Below are positions 12,971 through 25,952 of a DNA stretch of 64,000 bases, piece after piece. How positions within the stretch are numbered: position 1 is the stretch's first letter; each line of letters starts with the position of its first letter. Below the pieces are notes generated by a model that searched no databases, had not been told where the DNA came from, and saw only the letters and a list, made by a program, of their open reading frames with translations. The translations under genes and the position numbers were made by a program. The stretch is from Octopus vulgaris. Its lineage: Eukaryota. The stretch is taken from contig OX597837.1 of the NCBI GenBank assembly GCA_951406725.2, positions 32,054,001 to 32,118,000 on the forward strand, read 5' to 3'.

Positions 12971-13389
12971 GACAAGTATCTATCGAGGTGTAAAACTCAC
13001 GGAAGAATACACAGAGGGGCCTCATAAATCTTAGCGCAACGAGGGATGAATAATCTACCGTTTCCGGCACTACCAACGACAACCGTCAGCAACTTGTTCA
13101 GATTCTGGAATTTTCGCTTTTAAAGCCCATGTCCAAGATCACAGCTCTGGAAGTGATCCCTTTTACTTAAAGATCTCCAAAACAAACCTTGCAGACACAA
13201 CACATTCATTTGATTTTGCTCAACAAAACGTAGTTTTGTTTAATCCTCCTGATTAGCCAGATTATCGTCTTCAGGATTATACTGGATTATGTGGTTTTAC
13301 GTCTTCCACTAGATCACCCATTTGCTTCAAGTTATTGCGAGGTCGTTGTTATTGTTGTTGTTGTTATTGTTGGCGTTGTAATTTTAGTT

Positions 13390-13614
13390 GTACTCTTTTA
13401 CTCTTTTACTTGCTTCAGTCGTTTGACTGCGGCCATGCTGAAGCACCGCCTTTAGTCGAGCAAATCGACCCGAGGACTTGTTCTTTGTAAGCCTAGTACT
13501 TATTCTATCGGCCTCTTTCGCCGAACCGCTAAGTGACGGGGACGTAAACACACCAGCATCGGTTGTCAAGCGATGTTGGGGTGGGGAACAAACGCAGACA
13601 CACATACACACACA

Positions 13615-13693
<79 letters not shown>

Positions 13694-13855
13694 GACGGGC
13701 TTCTTTCAGTTTCCGTCTACCAAATCCACTCACAAGGCTATGGTCGGCCCGAGGCTATAGTAGAAGACACTTGCCCAAAGTGCCACGCAGTGGGACTGAA
13801 CCCGGAACCATGTGGTTGGTAAGCAAGCTACTTACCACACAGCCACTCCTGCGCC
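13390..13855 (-). mobile_element. SINE A, full length
   Basis: Runs from tail to head CCACTCCTGCGCC, with central (CA)n(TA)n. Confidence 0.93.
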
Positions 13856-13905
13856 TACGTTAACGTTATTGTTGCTATTTTGTTATTATTGTTATTGTCT
13901 CCTTC

Positions 13906-13940
<35 letters not shown>

Positions 13941-14019
13941 TTCTCTCTCTCTCTCTCGCTCTCTCTCCCTCATTATCCATATCATTCTTTCATCTTTCTG
14001 AGAAGTGATGGTATTGATG

Positions 14020-14640
14020 ATAATGTTGGTGGTAGTAGCGGTGGTGATGAGGATGTTGATTATGATAAGGGGAGTGGGGTGCTGGTGCTGCTGCCACAGG
14101 TGGTGGTGGTGGTGATGATGATGATGATGATGATGGTGGTGATGATGATGATGATGATGATGACGATGGTGGTGGTTGAGGTGATAGTGGTGGTGGTGCT
14201 GATGGTGGTGGTGCTGATGGTGGTGGCGCTGATGGTAGTGGTGGTGGTGCTGATGGTGGTGGCAGTGGTGGTGGTGGTGTTGGTGGTGGTGGTGGTGGTG
14301 GTGGTGGTGGTGGTGGTGGTGGTGGTGGTGGTGGTGGTGGTGGTGGTGGTGGTGGTGGTGGTGGTGGTGGTGGTGGTGGTGGTGGTGTGGTGGTGTGGCT
14401 GATGGTGGTGGCAGTGGTGGTGGTGGTGGTGATGGTGGTGATGGTGGTGGTGGTTGTTGGAGGTGGTGGTGGTGGTGGTTGTTGGAGGTGGTGGTGGTGG
14501 TGGTGGTGGTGGTGGTGGTGGATGTGGTGGTGGTGCTGGAGGTTTTGGAGGTGGTGGTGGAGGTGGTAGTGATGGAGGTGGTGGTTGTGCTCGTGGTTGC
14601 CTCAGTAATGACGGTGGCGGTGGCGATGGTGGTGACGGTA
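14020..14640. repeat. (GGT)n/(GAT)n low-complexity tract
   Basis: Directly visible; the source of the poly-V/H/T ORFs. Confidence 0.97.
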
Positions 14641-14931
14641 GGAGAGGAGAGAGAGGAGAGAGAAAGACGAAAGCGACTGTCGAGAAATTCTCTCACGATC
14701 TTTTCCATTGAAACAGACGACGACATGCGAGGGTTACAGAAGCGGTGACCCTTGCACAAGCTAAGTATCTGAATGCCGTTCAAACATCATGAAACTGTCT
14801 GCCTTCGCTACTTCCACCGCCACTTCGATGCTGTTTCGCGTTTTTATTCTGAGCCAACCACTTCAGAACCAACGACGACTTCTGCTTTGCGACTCTCTGA
14901 CAATTCGTTCCCTTTTTTTTTTATTTATGCG

Positions 14932-14966
<35 letters not shown>

Positions 14967-15042
14967 GGGGGGGGCGTGTGTATGTATGTATGTATGTATG
15001 TATATATATATATATGCATATATATATATATGCATATTTATG

Positions 15043-15078
<36 letters not shown>

Positions 15079-15494
15079 TATATTTGAGTTGAATGAATTA
15101 TCTTGTTATGGATAATTCGGTTAACCGATACCTGGGTAGCAAATTCACATCAGAGAAGACACGTTTGAAGTTACGTGCTTTCGCGTGGAAATTTGTATGT
15201 TTTTTTTTTTAAATATGAATATATGACTATTATCACTATGGGCTCCGTGTGAGCAGTCATCTAAAAGTTTTTTGTGCATCTTGATGTTGACATAAGTTTC
15301 CTGATGAGAAAGCGGCATAATATACTCCTTATTCCTTCGCAATTAGGAATATGCAGCCTTCGAAACATATGTCGAAAATAAAGGAATTTTGTTAATTCGT
15401 CGTTCAACTCCATTCTTTCATATATTTATATATATATATTTTTTTTCTCTAGTTTCAGCTCACGAGCTGTGGCCATGCTGGGCACATATATATA

Positions 15495-15673
15495 CCAGAA
15501 TACCAGATAAGCCACCCATAATTGGATACAACTCAGCCAACAAGAACTCACTACTTGAATGAACCATAAACAAAACTTGACTTAACAGGATTCGAATAAT
15601 CCTATCAGATGGTGCTATTAAGTTAGACATGGCCTGGACCAATCTTTGGTCGAAACATATCTAAGTTTATCTA

Positions 15674-15678
<5 letters not shown>
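15495..15678 (+). mobile_element. Unclassified ~190-bp repeat in (TA)n with terminal stem-loop and (ATCTAAGTTT)2 tail
   Basis: Homologous to the reverse complement of 34182-34360. Hairpin TTAGACATG..GACCAA-TCT-TTGGTC..CATATCTAA. Confidence 0.65.
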
Positions 15679-15743
<65 letters not shown>

Positions 15744-15768
15744 TATATGTATATATATATATATATAT

Positions 15769-16441
15769 GTCCTCGGGTATCGTATATGGATGTGATCTTT
15801 CATTGTTTTTCCCTTATACCTATGTGAGTTATTTTCTGAGTATGCATTGTCTGGAGACTTTTATTTGCAGTTGAAGAAATAGCCAAATTTTTGGCTGCTA
15901 TTTCTGAAAAGTTCGGTGTGGTAAAGTGAATTTTTTACTTTACCATATTTTTATAAATTAATACTTCAAATATACCGTAAATGGTCTTTACATACCGAAA
16001 GTGAATTTATTAACAATTAATTTTTACTTTTTGATGACAATTATGCTTTTTCTCCCAGTTTTTATAGAAATGTAATGCTTATGACTACGTGGTGACAGGG
16101 AGAATGATAGTTCTCATTCGTATTTTTGGATTCGCTAGTACTGGGTGTCTGGCATGGTTTGTCCGATGTTACAGATATCGGATATATATATTATATATTT
16201 TCAAATATATATATATATATATATATATGATGTATATATAAAAGTTATTTACCCACAAATCCAGATAACAACTGTCCTTATCGTATATGGATGTGATCTT
16301 TCATTGTTTTTCCCTTATACCTATGTGAGTTATTTTCTGAGTATGCATTGTCTGGAGACTTTTATTTGCAGTTGAAGAAATACCCAAATTTTTGGCTGCT
16401 ATTTCTAGTGTGGTAAAGAATTTTTTACTTTACCATATTTT

Positions 16442-16448
<7 letters not shown>
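15769..16448 (+). repeat. Pair of ~180-bp direct repeats (15769-15958 and 16274-16448), pseudo-LTR-like
   Basis: Near-identical TATCGTATATGGATGTGATC...TTACCATATTTTTATAAAT; each copy abuts (TA)n. Confidence 0.85.
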
Positions 16449-16481
<33 letters not shown>

Positions 16482-16849
16482 ATATATATATATATATATA
16501 TAATATAAAGAGAAACGAAAACATAGACACAAACCAAAGGAACTGGACATTTTTTTAAAAACAACAAAAAAATGGAGTACAGGACAATTAACACAAAGAA
16601 AAAACACCTTCTTCAGTCGCTATGGTTTCATCTACTCTACGTTTCGAAGGATATATATATATATATATGTATATGCATATATATATATGTATATATGTGT
16701 GTGTGTATGTATGCGTGCATATTTATATGTATCTATATTATAATGGTATATATAATATATATATATATATACATACATACATACATACATACATACATAC
16801 ATACATACATACATACATACATACATACACACACACACATATATATATA

Positions 16850-17076
16850 TTCTCTTTTACTTTCTTTTACTTGTTTCAGTCATTTGACTGTGGCCATGCT
16901 GGAGCGCCACCTTTAGACAAGCAAATCGACCCCAGGACTTATTCTTTGTAAGCCTAATACGCACTCTATCAGTTTCTTTTGCCGAACCGCTAGGTTACGG
17001 GAACGTAAACACACCAGCATCGGTTGTCAAGCGATGTTGGGGCGACAAACACAGACGCACATATGCACACACATGC

Positions 17077-17145
<69 letters not shown>

Positions 17146-17150
17146 TACAA
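16850..17150 (-). mobile_element. SINE A, 3' half
   Basis: Runs from the tail and ends in (TA)n. Confidence 0.85.
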
Positions 17151-17267
17151 TGAAACTCGTGTTTTTTGCCTGTCCTAATTTGTGTTTCTCTTGTCCGCCT
17201 TTGTGTCATCAATCTGTCCGGACGTTTTAATGCCTTCTATTGCGTCTTTGTTCCATTTATATATATA

Positions 17268-17690
17268 TAGGAGTGGCTGTGTGGCAAGTAGCTTGCTTAC
17301 CAACCACACGGTCCCGGATTCAGTCCCACTGCGTGGCACCTTGGGCAAGTGTCTTCTGCTATAGCCCTGGGCCGACCAATGCCTTGTGAGTGGATTTGGT
17401 AGACGGAAACTGAAAGAAGGCCGTCGTATATATGTATATTTATGTCTATCATGTGTGTGTGTATGTTTGTGTGTCTGTGTTTGTCCCCCGCAACATCGCC
17501 TGACAACCGATGCTGGTGTGTTTACGTCCCCGTAACTTAGCGGTTCGGCATATGAGACCGAGAGAATGAGTACTACGTTTACAAAGAATAAGGTTTTGCT
17601 CGATTTGCTCGATTTGCTCGACTATAAAGACGGTGGTCCAGCATGGCCGCAGTCAAATGGCTGAAGCAAGTAAAAGTGAATAAAAAGAAA
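17268..17690 (+). mobile_element. SINE A, full length
   Basis: AGGAGTGGCTGTGTGGCAAGTAGC head to tail. Confidence 0.9.
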
Positions 17691-17703
17691 AGAATATATA
17701 TAT

Positions 17704-17769
<66 letters not shown>

Positions 17770-17787
17770 CTATATATATATATATAT

Positions 17788-17842
<55 letters not shown>

Positions 17843-17942
17843 GTCAGTAGATAACGAAATATTTCTAAATATATTGGCACAATAAAGCGATCATCACAAT
17901 TTTTGACGTAATCATATTAAAGATGTGTCTTCTCCATTCTTG

Positions 17943-17995
<53 letters not shown>

Positions 17996-18308
17996 CAGAG
18001 AGAGAGTGGGAGAGAGAGAATAATATAATGGTCGGCATTGTTCTTGATCATGCAATCATGCATGTCATACCTTGATGGCGATTTAAACGTTTTATTTCGA
18101 CGATATCTTTTCTGCTTCTTCAAAATTGTACACCTAATCTCATAATCTATGTTGTTTACTTGTTGTCGTTGTGTATTTCGAAGATTGTATTTTTAGACTC
18201 CCTTCTTTTCGTCCTTTTAAATTTACTTTAACTCCCATCATGTCTAATTTAATTTAACGGTATTCGGAAGGTGGGCGGAATTATGTGTAAGAAATAGCGA
18301 AATCTAAA

Positions 18309-18825
<517 letters not shown>

Positions 18826-19293
18826 AAAACAAAATGTCTGAAAAAATTTACAAAACAAATCCGTAAAAGTAAACAATTTGTATATTTGTTTGTAAATTGT
18901 TGGTGTCGTGGATATGGGAAGCATGAATTTCTCAGTAAATACTCCGCCATAAAGAAAGGGGGAAAGAGAAAAGAGAAAAGAGCAAGGCTTGATAGAGAGG
19001 GAGAGAAGGAGGGTAGAGGAGGAAAAAGAGAGAGAGACATAGAAGTAAACCGAGGCGAAGGGAGAAGGGGGAGAATATTCATGGCAGGATCTTCCGTCAG
19101 ATGGCGTGACAGATTTGAAGAGCCAATGTTTGCGATGTCATTTGTTGATAACCTCTTCATTTACTCGCTGATTCCGTTGGCGTCTCAAAGACTTGATGCA
19201 GTTTTAGATGGAAGCAACTGCCAATGCGAAGGTGATACCAAAGATTTTGTCGAAGGAATTTCGTCGTTTTAGACATCTTTCATCTCTCTCTCT

Positions 19294-19327
<34 letters not shown>

Positions 19328-19550
19328 ATACATACACATATATACATATATATATAAACATATATATGTGTGTATATATGTCTATGTTGGTGTGTGTATG
19401 AGTATGTGTGTATACATACATAGATATATATATTCATGTATGTATATGGATATATTTGTACATATACACATCATGTGTGTGATATATGCATATATATATA
19501 TACAAATATATTTATGTATGTATATATATATATATATATACATATATATT

Positions 19551-19589
<39 letters not shown>

Positions 19590-19604
19590 TATATATTTAT
19601 GTAT

Positions 19605-19636
<32 letters not shown>

Positions 19637-19664
19637 TATTTATGTATGTATATATATATGTATG

Positions 19665-19695
<31 letters not shown>

Positions 19696-19888
19696 CATAT
19701 ATTTTTATGTATGTATGCATTTATATAAAAGTTATTCAATCTGTACGGTATGTATGTATTTATATGCAAAGCCTCACACATAATTATGCATGTGTATCTA
19801 TGCACATAAATACGCATGCCTATAATGTTATGTATACGTCTAAGTATATATTATGTATATATATATATATATATGGGTAAATATATAC

Positions 19889-19919
<31 letters not shown>

Positions 19920-19938
19920 CATGCATATATATATATAT

Positions 19939-20002
<64 letters not shown>

Positions 20003-20140
20003 GTATATTTTTATATATATGCCTATATGTATGTATGAAATGTCTGCATCTGTCACAAGTTCTATTTAAATTCCATGCTAACTTCCTATCTTTCGCCCAC
20101 TCATTAGTAATTAACTTTCACTCAACATATACATAATGTG

Positions 20141-20235
<95 letters not shown>

Positions 20236-20518
20236 TACGATCTTACCCTGTCGTTTTATTACTTTTAACTTGAATTTTCAAGATAAATTTGTCTCTTTCT
20301 TGCAGACGCTTTCAGCTACATCTCATTCAATCTTCTTTCACATTTCTCCCTCTCCCACCCTTCTTCTCACTCTCCCTCTCTATCTGTCTATCTGCCTCTC
20401 TCTCTCTCTCTCTCATTCTCTCTTTCTCTCTCTCTGTATATATATACATATATATATATATAGTGATGCATATATGCCATTTGAATATGGCTAACCCTAA
20501 CTCGCTCTGAGATTTATC

Positions 20519-20568
<50 letters not shown>

Positions 20569-20939
20569 TACATACATTCATACACACATATACGTATATA
20601 TATCTCACATGTTCTCTCTCTCTCTCTCTCTTTAAATTTCCCGATATCACAATCTATCTTTCTGTCTCCTTGTCTATCACCCAGTCTCCTATATTTATCT
20701 CTTAAAATATATTTGCCGTGTGACTTTCGTCTTTAATACCAGCACTATTCACATATCGACCCTGTGAAACAGAATTTACTGAACATTATTAGCGTACATG
20801 TAACTCTGAGCAATATTATAGTGCAATATTACACTGCAATATTTAATATTATTTTAGTACAATTATATATTGCGACTAGTAAAACGGAATATTAGTGTAT
20901 TGTTGTGGCTATCTAGCCAAACTCTCCGATTGTGCAATC

Positions 20940-21225
20940 TATCTATCCGTTCAGTCGAAGTTGACTCTCGGTAACTCGATGGATCAGTGTCCTCCAGCCA
21001 GTTCTATCCTGGGCCGCTTCTTTCAGATTGGCTATGGCCATTCCTGTGTCACTCTTGATGGTGTCAAGCCAGCAGGCTCTTGGTCGGCCTCTTCCTCTCT
21101 TGCCACTGACCATTCCAAGCATAATGTCCTTCTCCAGAGATTTTCTCCGCATAATATGACCGAAATATGCCAATCTATGCTTGGTGATCCAAGCTTATAG
21201 CGACATTTTCAGCCTGATCTGCTTA

Positions 21226-21228
<3 letters not shown>
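20940..21228 (-). mobile_element. RTE (BovB-like) LINE 3' end, copy 1
   Basis: YFGHIMRRKSLEKDIMLGMVSGKRGRGRP..WLD..K...AQDR..WR is the RTE ORF C-terminus; (TAGA)n tail. Confidence 0.92.
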
Positions 21229-21257
<29 letters not shown>

Positions 21258-21262
<5 letters not shown>

Positions 21263-21620
21263 CTCAGTCGAAGTCGACTCTCGCTTACTCGATGGATCAG
21301 TGTCCTCCGGTCAGTTCTATCCTGGGCCGCTTCTTTCAGATTGGCTATGGCCATTCCCGTGTCACTCTTGATGGTGTCAAGCCAGCGGATTCTTGGTCGG
21401 CCTCTTCCTCTCTTGCCACTGACCATTCCAAGCATAATGTCCTTCTCCAGAAATTTACTCCGCATAATATGACCGAAATATGTCAATCTGTTCTTGGTGA
21501 TCCTAGCTTCTAGTGACATTTTCGGTTTGATCTGGTTAAGAACTTCTCCATTGATGAGCTTCGCTGTCCATGGAATCCGTAAATGTCTTCTCCAACACCA
21601 AAGCTCGAATGCATTAATTC
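21258..21620 (-). mobile_element. RTE (BovB-like) LINE 3' end, copy 2
   Basis: RINAFELWCWRRHLRIPWTAK...MSLEARITKNRLTYFGHIMR...GKRGRGRPRIRWLD; ends in (TA)n. Confidence 0.93.
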
Positions 21621-21795
21621 AATACGCACCCTTGTGTGGTATTTATAAAGCTATTTATGTAGTTGTTAGTTGCTGTTATGTGCATTGCATACCCTGGATA
21701 CAGTATCTAATGTGGCCTTCCCTTTCTAGTATGTTAAGAGAGATTTAAAGTACATTTAACTACTGTTTGTAGCTGGTCTAACCACCATGTTCTAT

Positions 21796-21829
<34 letters not shown>

Positions 21830-21841
21830 TACGGAAAAAAG

Positions 21842-22340
21842 GTGAAAGCGCAATGGCCCAGCGGACTCGCAGTCGAAGGATTGCGGTTTCGATTACAAGA
21901 CCGAGCATTTTTAGTGTTTATTGAGCGAAAGCACCTAAAGTTCCACGAGGCTCCGGCAGGGGGTGGTAGTGAACCTTGCTGTACTCTTTCACCACAACTT
22001 TCTCTCACTCTTTCTTCTTGTTTCTGTTCTACCTTTATTTCAAAGGGCCAGCCTTGTCACACTCTGTGTCACGCTGACTCTCCTCGAGAATTACGTTAAG
22101 GGTACACTTGTCTGTGGAGTGCTCAGCCACTTGCACATTAATAAATGAGCCGCGACGTCACTGGTGCCAAGCTGCATCGGCCCCTTTGCCTTTCCCTTGG
22201 ATAACATCGGTGGTGTGGAGAGGGGAGGCTGGTATGCGTGGGCGAATGCTGGTCTTCCATAAACAACCTTGCCCTGACTTGTACCTTGGAGGGTAACTTT
22301 CTAGGTGCAATCCCATGGTCATTCATGACCGAAGGAGGTC
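21842..22340 (+). mobile_element. Chimeric SINE: B head/body fused to C 3' half
   Basis: B-like to ~22140, then matches 4755-4950. TSD GAAAAAAGGT at 21834-21843 and 22347-22356. Confidence 0.88.
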
Positions 22341-22586
22341 ACAACAGAAAAAAGGTAGCTTCCATGGCATGTTTGTAAGGCTTCTTATGATTGGTGCGAT
22401 AAACAAGGGGAGATAATAACTACCTAGTGGTTGTAGTAAGTGTGACAAAGAAGGACAGATGATACCCATCTATAGGGTACTGCAGCAGGTGAAACAAACA
22501 AGGACCTGCAGTAGTAATTATAATAAATCTTCTACAAAAGCGTCGCTACTGTTATTTAACCCAAGGTCAGATATACAGTCCTATAT

Positions 22587-22968
22587 GGAGGCGCAATGGC
22601 CCAGTGGTTAGGGCAGCGGACTCGCGGTCATAGGATCGCGGTTTCGATTCCCAGACCGGGTGTTGTGAGTGTTTATTGAGCGAAAACACCTAAAGTTCCA
22701 CCAGGCTCCGGCAGGGGATGGTGGTGATCCCTGCTGTACTCTTTCACCACAACTTTCTCTCACTCTTACTTCCTGTTTCTGTTGTACCTGTATTTCAAGG
22801 GGCCGGCCTTGTCACTCTCTGTGTCACGCTGAATATCCCCGAGAACTACGTTAAGGGTACACGTGTCTGTGGAGTGCTCAGCCACTTCCACGTTAATTTC
22901 ACGAGCAGGCTGTTCCGTTGATTCGGATCAACCGGAACCCTCGTCGTCGTAACCGACGGAGTGCTTCC
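22587..22968 (+). mobile_element. SINE B, full length
   Basis: TSD ATACAGTCCT on both sides. Confidence 0.93.
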
Positions 22969-23426
22969 ATTCCATACAGTCCTGTTGTCAAACGCGTTCA
23001 AATCGTAATATTGTTATGTAGTTTTTTTTATACTTTTGTTTTAAGGTACAATTTTACCAAGGAGAAAATTATGTGTCCTTCCTTTTATTAGGACGAATAA
23101 TAATTTTTGAATTAACGGAAGCGACTCGTTGATATTTCTAGCATGTCAAATGACTTCGTAGGAACAAGCTCGATTCTGCGGCGGTAAGTAATTTAATCTG
23201 GAAAATATATAAATGTAAACCCATAGAAGATTCTCACTTCAAATAAACGGCTGCGCTAACGTTTCCCACAATAAAAAAAATGCATCTAAAAATAAAGAAT
23301 TCTCTAAAGACGATGAAATATTTTGCGTGGAGAAAAATTGTTGATAACATGCCTGACATAATCATCAAAGACACAAGAGCATGGCTTGTTGGATGATTGA
23401 TATGCCATACCATGAAAAAAAAAATG

Positions 23427-23878
23427 TTGTGGCGGTGGTGGTAGTGGTGATGATGGTCGTGGTAGAGGTGGTAGTGGTATTGGTGGTGGTGGTGGTGCTG
23501 CTGCTGCTGCTGCTTCTGACGTGGTGGTGGTGGTGGTGGTGGTGGTGGTGGTGGTGGTGGTGGTGGTGATGGTCGTGGTAGAGGTGGTAGTGGTATTGGT
23601 GGTGGTGGTGCTGCTGCTGCTTCTGACGAGGATGATGATGGTAGAGGTGGTAGTGGTGGTGGTGGTGGTGGTGGTGGTGGTGATGGTGGTTGTGGTGGTG
23701 GTGGTGGTGGTGGTGGTGATGGTGGTGGTGGTGATGGTTATGGTCGTGGTAGAGGTGGTAGTGGTATTGGTGGTGGTGGTGGTGGTGGTGCTGCTGCTAC
23801 TGCTGCTTCTGACAAGGATGATGATGATGATGGTGGTGGTGGTGGTGGTGGTGGTGGTGGTGGTGGTGGTGGTGGTAA
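23427..23878. repeat. (GGT)n-based tract with 3 higher-order units
   Basis: ATGGTCGTGGTAGAGGTGGTAGTGGTATTGG...GCTGCTTCTGAC is repeated three times. Confidence 0.9.
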
Positions 23879-24026
23879 TGTGACGAAGAGGAATTGAGGA
23901 AGGCGCTATCCAAACAGTAGGCATCTGAAGAACCTAAACATCATTTAACATGACGTTAATTAGGGGTAACTAATGACGCTACCTATAATTATTTGGTTTC
24001 TAGTCGTATCAAACAAACAAAATAAA

Positions 24027-24078
<52 letters not shown>

Positions 24079-24398
24079 GGGAATGCTACCAAAGACTGGA
24101 AATCTCTTTCACCCACGAGCCAACTTTGGAGACACTAAGTCAAAGGTTCTTAAACTGGGATACACGTACCCTTTGAGGGCATGAGAATTAAAGCCATTGG
24201 TCGTTAACCCGGGGTTATACATACCCTTTGGTGGGTATGGGAATCAAATCTTGCCAGTATGGGATACGATCTCTTGGTTATAACACATTCCATTATAGCA
24301 TATGATAATTCTTCTGAATAAACGATGCTTAAGAAACTTGTACGATTACGATATTCCTACATCTGGAGGTTCACCGGGGCACAGCTGCAGTGTTCTTA

Positions 24399-24788
24399 TC
24401 TCTCTATATATATAAACGGCAGTTTGTCTGTCTGTGTGTCTGTGTGTCTGTCAGGTTGTACCCTCACCCTGACCACGGCTTTCAACCGATTCTGATGAAA
24501 CTTGACACATACATAGCCCAATGTCATAATTCAAAACTAACGCAGCGAAAATTTTGAAAAGTTCCCCCCCAGTTCTGAAAAAAATCGATAAATTCGACAT
24601 GGGGTCGAGAATCAGAAACACAAACCACAGACTGTCTAGGGGACGCAACTCGACCTTTTTAACTCTCCAAAAAAAATTTACCACAATTTTTTTTTCAAAT
24701 TTTTTGCTATTTTTTTGCTATAACTCTCTAAAAATGCTTTATAGTTATTTCCCTTACAAACCCGAGCAACGCCGGGCGATACTGCTAG
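24399..24788 (+). mobile_element. Non-autonomous Helitron
   Basis: A|TC 5' end, subterminal hairpin CCCGAGCAACGCCGGG, CTAG|T 3' end, no TSD; near-identical copy at 40698-41080. Confidence 0.88.
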
Positions 24789-24879
24789 TTCAAAATAAAT
24801 GAAAAATTGTGCTGGTGTCTTGGTTTTGCTCTGAACAACCTGCGAGAGGAATATAATTTTTACAGTGGGTGTTAAGGAG

Positions 24880-25085
24880 GGGTGTTGGCAGGATCGTTGC
24901 CTCGCTGTTAAAAATGCATAGCGGCATTTCTTCCAGTTTTATGTTATGAGTTCGAATGCCGCCGGGGTGGACTTTGCCTTTCATCTTTTCAGAGTCAAAT
25001 GCATACGTACCGTTTGAACACTGGAGTCAGTGTTATAAACTTGCAACTTCGCCCACAACTGCTGGCCTGATGCCAGAATTTGTAA
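24880..25085 (+). mobile_element. Old F-related SINE with alternative tail
   Basis: Diverged head/core; tail CTGGCCTGATGCCAGAATTTG. Confidence 0.7.
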
Positions 25086-25150
25086 CCGTTATTACTGTAA
25101 GCATGATTTGTGCAGATCTCGCCCCGCTCTCTTTTATCCTTCGATCTTGA

Positions 25151-25481
25151 GGACGGCGAGCTGGCAGAAACGTTAGCACGCCGGGTAAAATGCGTAGCCG
25201 TATTTCGTCTGCCGTTACGTTCTGAGTTCAAATTCCGCCGAGGTCGACTTTGCCTTTCATCCTTTCGGGGTAGATAAATTAAGTACCAGTTACGCACTGG
25301 GGTCGATGTAATCGACTTAATCCGTTTGTCTGTCCTTGTTTGTCCCCTCTGTGTTTAGCCCCATGTGGGTAGTAGAGAAATAGGTATTTGGTCTGCCGTT
25401 ACGCACTGGGGTCGATACAATCGACTTAATCCGTTTGTTTGTCCTCTCTGTGTTTATCCCCTTGTGGGTAGTAAAGAAATA
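25151..25481 (+). mobile_element. SINE F, one unit plus an internally deleted second unit
   Basis: The second unit jumps from CCGTTACG to CACTGG (GTTACG microhomology). Confidence 0.9.
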
Positions 25482-25952
25482 GATCTTGTAATGGTCTGGT
25501 GCAACATGTGCCATAAGCCTAGTAGTTACCCCCAAGCAGTGGGTAAAAGACTTTAACGAGAGAACGGTGGTGTTGAGGACGTATTCCAAGTCTCTCGACT
25601 AAGGTCCTGGAGTAGTTAATAAAAGTGGCGACCCCCGCTCCCCCATTAGAGGGAGAGATAGAGGCAGTCAAGGAGGTGAGGACCTCCTCGAAAAAAGGAA
25701 AGAAAAGAAAGAATGTGGGCAACAATGGTTGCCCACCGAATGACCCTAAAGCTGCGGGAGGGGAGGAAGATCCTCCGGATAAAGCGGAGGTACCACACCC
25801 TCCCGTAGCAAAGGGAAGAAAAAGAAAAAAGAAAAAGAACGGGACATTGCCGGCGGTTAATGATACACTACCGGCATGCCCTGAAACTTTGTGCGAAGTA
25901 TGCCATCGACAGAGGAAACTGTATGTAGCCCCTTGTGGGCAGTAAAGAAATA
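25482..25952 (+). pseudogene. Coding-like fragment (candidate LINE ORF1 remnant) ending in an F/LINE tail
   Basis: GC-richer unique sequence; SYPQAVGKRL followed by a Lys/Pro-rich ORF (25625-25945); ends TAGCCCCTTGTGGGCAGTAAAGAAATA. The ORF1 identity is inference. Confidence 0.4.

Noticed and set aside
14095-14530. G-quadruplex or telomere-like function of (GGT)n
   Set aside because: Only GG runs, not TTAGGG; an ordinary microsatellite.
13875-14783. 302-aa His/Thr/Pro-rich ORF and overlapping Val/Gly-rich ORFs
   Set aside because: Translation of (GGT)n/(GAT)n tracts; open in several frames on both strands, with no domain.
15620-15665. GACCAA/TTGGTC-GAAAC as a hammerhead
   Set aside because: It lacks the core and is better explained as a terminal stem-loop of a repeat tail.
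22587-22660. Functional tRNA genes at SINE heads
   Set aside because: A/B boxes are present, but there is no intact acceptor stem or terminator, and they continue into SINE bodies with TSDs.
22669-22921. Recurrent ORFs MFIERKHLK..., MVVIPAVLF..., MRNWYLI... suggesting a gene family
   Set aside because: They are frames within SINE B and F copies, broken by indels between copies.
24140-24270. hAT-like end GGTTCTTAAACTGGG
   Set aside because: No convincing partner TIR or TSD.
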